A DNA stretch of 64,000 nucleotides from Pseudomonadota bacterium (GTDB lineage Archaea > Thermoplasmatota > SW-10-69-26 > JACQPN01 > JAJPHT01). The first letter of the stretch is position 1. Each line of letters begins with the position of its first letter. A model generated the notes under the pieces. That model worked only from the letters and a program-made list of their open reading frames with translations. It searched no databases and was not told where the DNA came from. Below are positions 62,809 to 64,000 of the stretch, one piece after another. A program made the position numbers and the translations under genes. The stretch lies in NCBI GenBank assembly GCA_021325135.1, contig JAJPHT010000039.1:1-64000 (forward strand). The letters run 5' to 3'.

Positions 62809-63840
62809 CTACGCCATCCGCAGCACGACCTTGCCCTCGGCGCCGCCTTCGGCGAGGCGGCGGTACGCCTCCGCCCCCCGCTCCAGGGGGAACGCCCCGT
62901 CGATCACGGCGCGGAGCCGCCCGGCGAAGACGAGGTCCATCACGGTGTCGAACTCGTCGCGCGTGCCCATGGTGCTGCCCAGGATGGAGAGCTGCTTCCA
63001 GAACACCTGGTTGACCTCCATGGGGAAGTCGTAGCCCGTCGTGCCGCCCACGGTCACGATGCGGCCCCCGCGGGCGGCGGCGCGCAGCGTCCTGGACCAG
63101 GTGGCGGCGCCCACGTTGTCCACCACCACGTCCACGCCGCGGCGGTCGGTGAGGCGGCCGATCTCCTTCTCCCACGCGGTGGAGGCGAGGAGGCCGTGGT
63201 CGGCGCCCAGGTCCAGCGCGGCCTTGAGCTTCGCCTCGCTGGTGCCCACGACGTGGATGGGCCGCGCGCCGGCGAGCTTCGCGATCTGGATGGCCGCGGT
63301 GTTGACGCCGCCGCCCGCGCCCACGACGAGCACGCTCTCCCCGGCGCGCAGGCGGGCGCGCGTGACGAGCATGCGCCACGCGGTGAGGAACGCGAGGCTC
63401 GCGGCGGCCGCCTGCTCCAGGGGGAAGCCGTCGGGCACGCGCTTGAGGTTCGCCACGGGGACGACGGCAAATTCCGCGAAGACGCCGCGCGTGTGCTCGC
63501 CGATGAGCCGGTGCTCGCGGCAGAGGCTCACCTCGCCCTGGCGGCAGTACGCGCAGTGGCCGCAGGAGAGCGAGGCCCACACGACGACGCGGTCGCCCGG
63601 CTTCCACGCGGTGACGCCCGGGCCCACCTTGTCCACGACGCCCGCCGCGTCGCTGCCGCCCACGTGCGGCTTCGCCAGCTCCAGCCCCTTCCACCCCTTC
63701 AGCACGAAGAGGTCGAGCCGGTTGAGCGCGGCGGCGTGGACGCGGAGGCGCACCTCGCCGGGGCCGGGCTCGGGCGCGGGGACGTCGAGGACCTGGAGCT
63801 TGGAGAGGTCGCCGTGCTCGTGGAAGCCCAGGGCGCGCAT
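62809..63840 (-). CDS. Zinc-binding dehydrogenase/quinone oxidoreductase (MDR family)
   Basis: ALNRLD, PHVGGSD, CGHCAYC...C, GAGGGV, GKVVL. Confidence 0.92.
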   Translation of the reverse strand: MRALGFHEHGDLSKLQVLDVPAPEPGPGEVRLRVHAAALNRLDLFVLKGWKGLELAKPHVGGSDAAGVVDKVGPGVTAWKPGDRVVVWASLSCGHCAYCRQGEVSLCREHRLIGEHTRGVFAEFAVVPVANLKRVPDGFPLEQAAAASLAFLTAWRMLVTRARLRAGESVLVVGAGGGVNTAAIQIAKLAGARPIHVVGTSEAKLKAALDLGADHGLLASTAWEKEIGRLTDRRGVDVVVDNVGAATWSRTLRAAARGGRIVTVGGTTGYDFPMEVNQVFWKQLSILGSTMGTRDEFDTVMDLVFAGRLRAVIDGAFPLERGAEAYRRLAEGGAEGKVVLRMA

Positions 63841-63879
63841 CGCGGGCCCATGCCGGCGGCGGGGGAAAACCCTTGCCGC

Positions 63880-64000
63880 TCAGCGCAGCGCGGGGCCATC
63901 CACCTGCGTCGCCAGCGTGATGTCGCTGCGCGGCTCCGCGGCGTCCAGGGCCATGCCCGTCGTCGCGGGCCGGTCCTTGGGGTACGCCGCCAGCAGGTGC
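63880..64000 (-). CDS. 3' end of an unknown gene, truncated by the window edge
   Basis: Open frame HLLAAYPKDRP...DGPALR*. Confidence 0.45.
   Translation of the reverse strand, partial: HLLAAYPKDRPATTGMALDAAEPRSDITLATQVDGPALR

Overview
This is a very GC-rich archaeal chromosomal segment. The archaeal assignment rests on an rpl1-rpl10(P0)-rpl12(P1) operon, a PGF-CTERM sorting signal, a geranylgeranyl-reductase-family gene and TATA-like boxes about 25-30 nt upstream of apparently leaderless starts. The proteome is not strongly acidic, so a Thermoplasmatota-like lineage is more likely than a haloarchaeon (inference). The main feature is a minus-strand cluster at 17.8-29.4 kb: acyl-CoA carboxyltransferase, FabI enoyl reductase and a 3050-aa type I FAS/PKS-like megasynthase. 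Its domain order is [ER remnant]-ACP-KS-AT-KS2-ACP-ACP-KR-DH-PPTase, and all three ACPs have Thr (GIDTVKQ) instead of the phosphopantetheine Ser. Other notable items are a signal-peptide-bearing orphan Hcp next to a halocin-C8-like Cys-rich precursor, several small secreted disulfide-rich peptides, duplicated 3' ends of argF and rpl12 separated by hairpin-rich inserts, a REPIN-like repeat family, two toxin-antitoxin-like pairs and tRNA-Thr(GGT). The rest is housekeeping (apt, argF, argH, etfAB, acyl-CoA dehydrogenase, ABC transporter). Start codons were picked by eye and no database searches were run.
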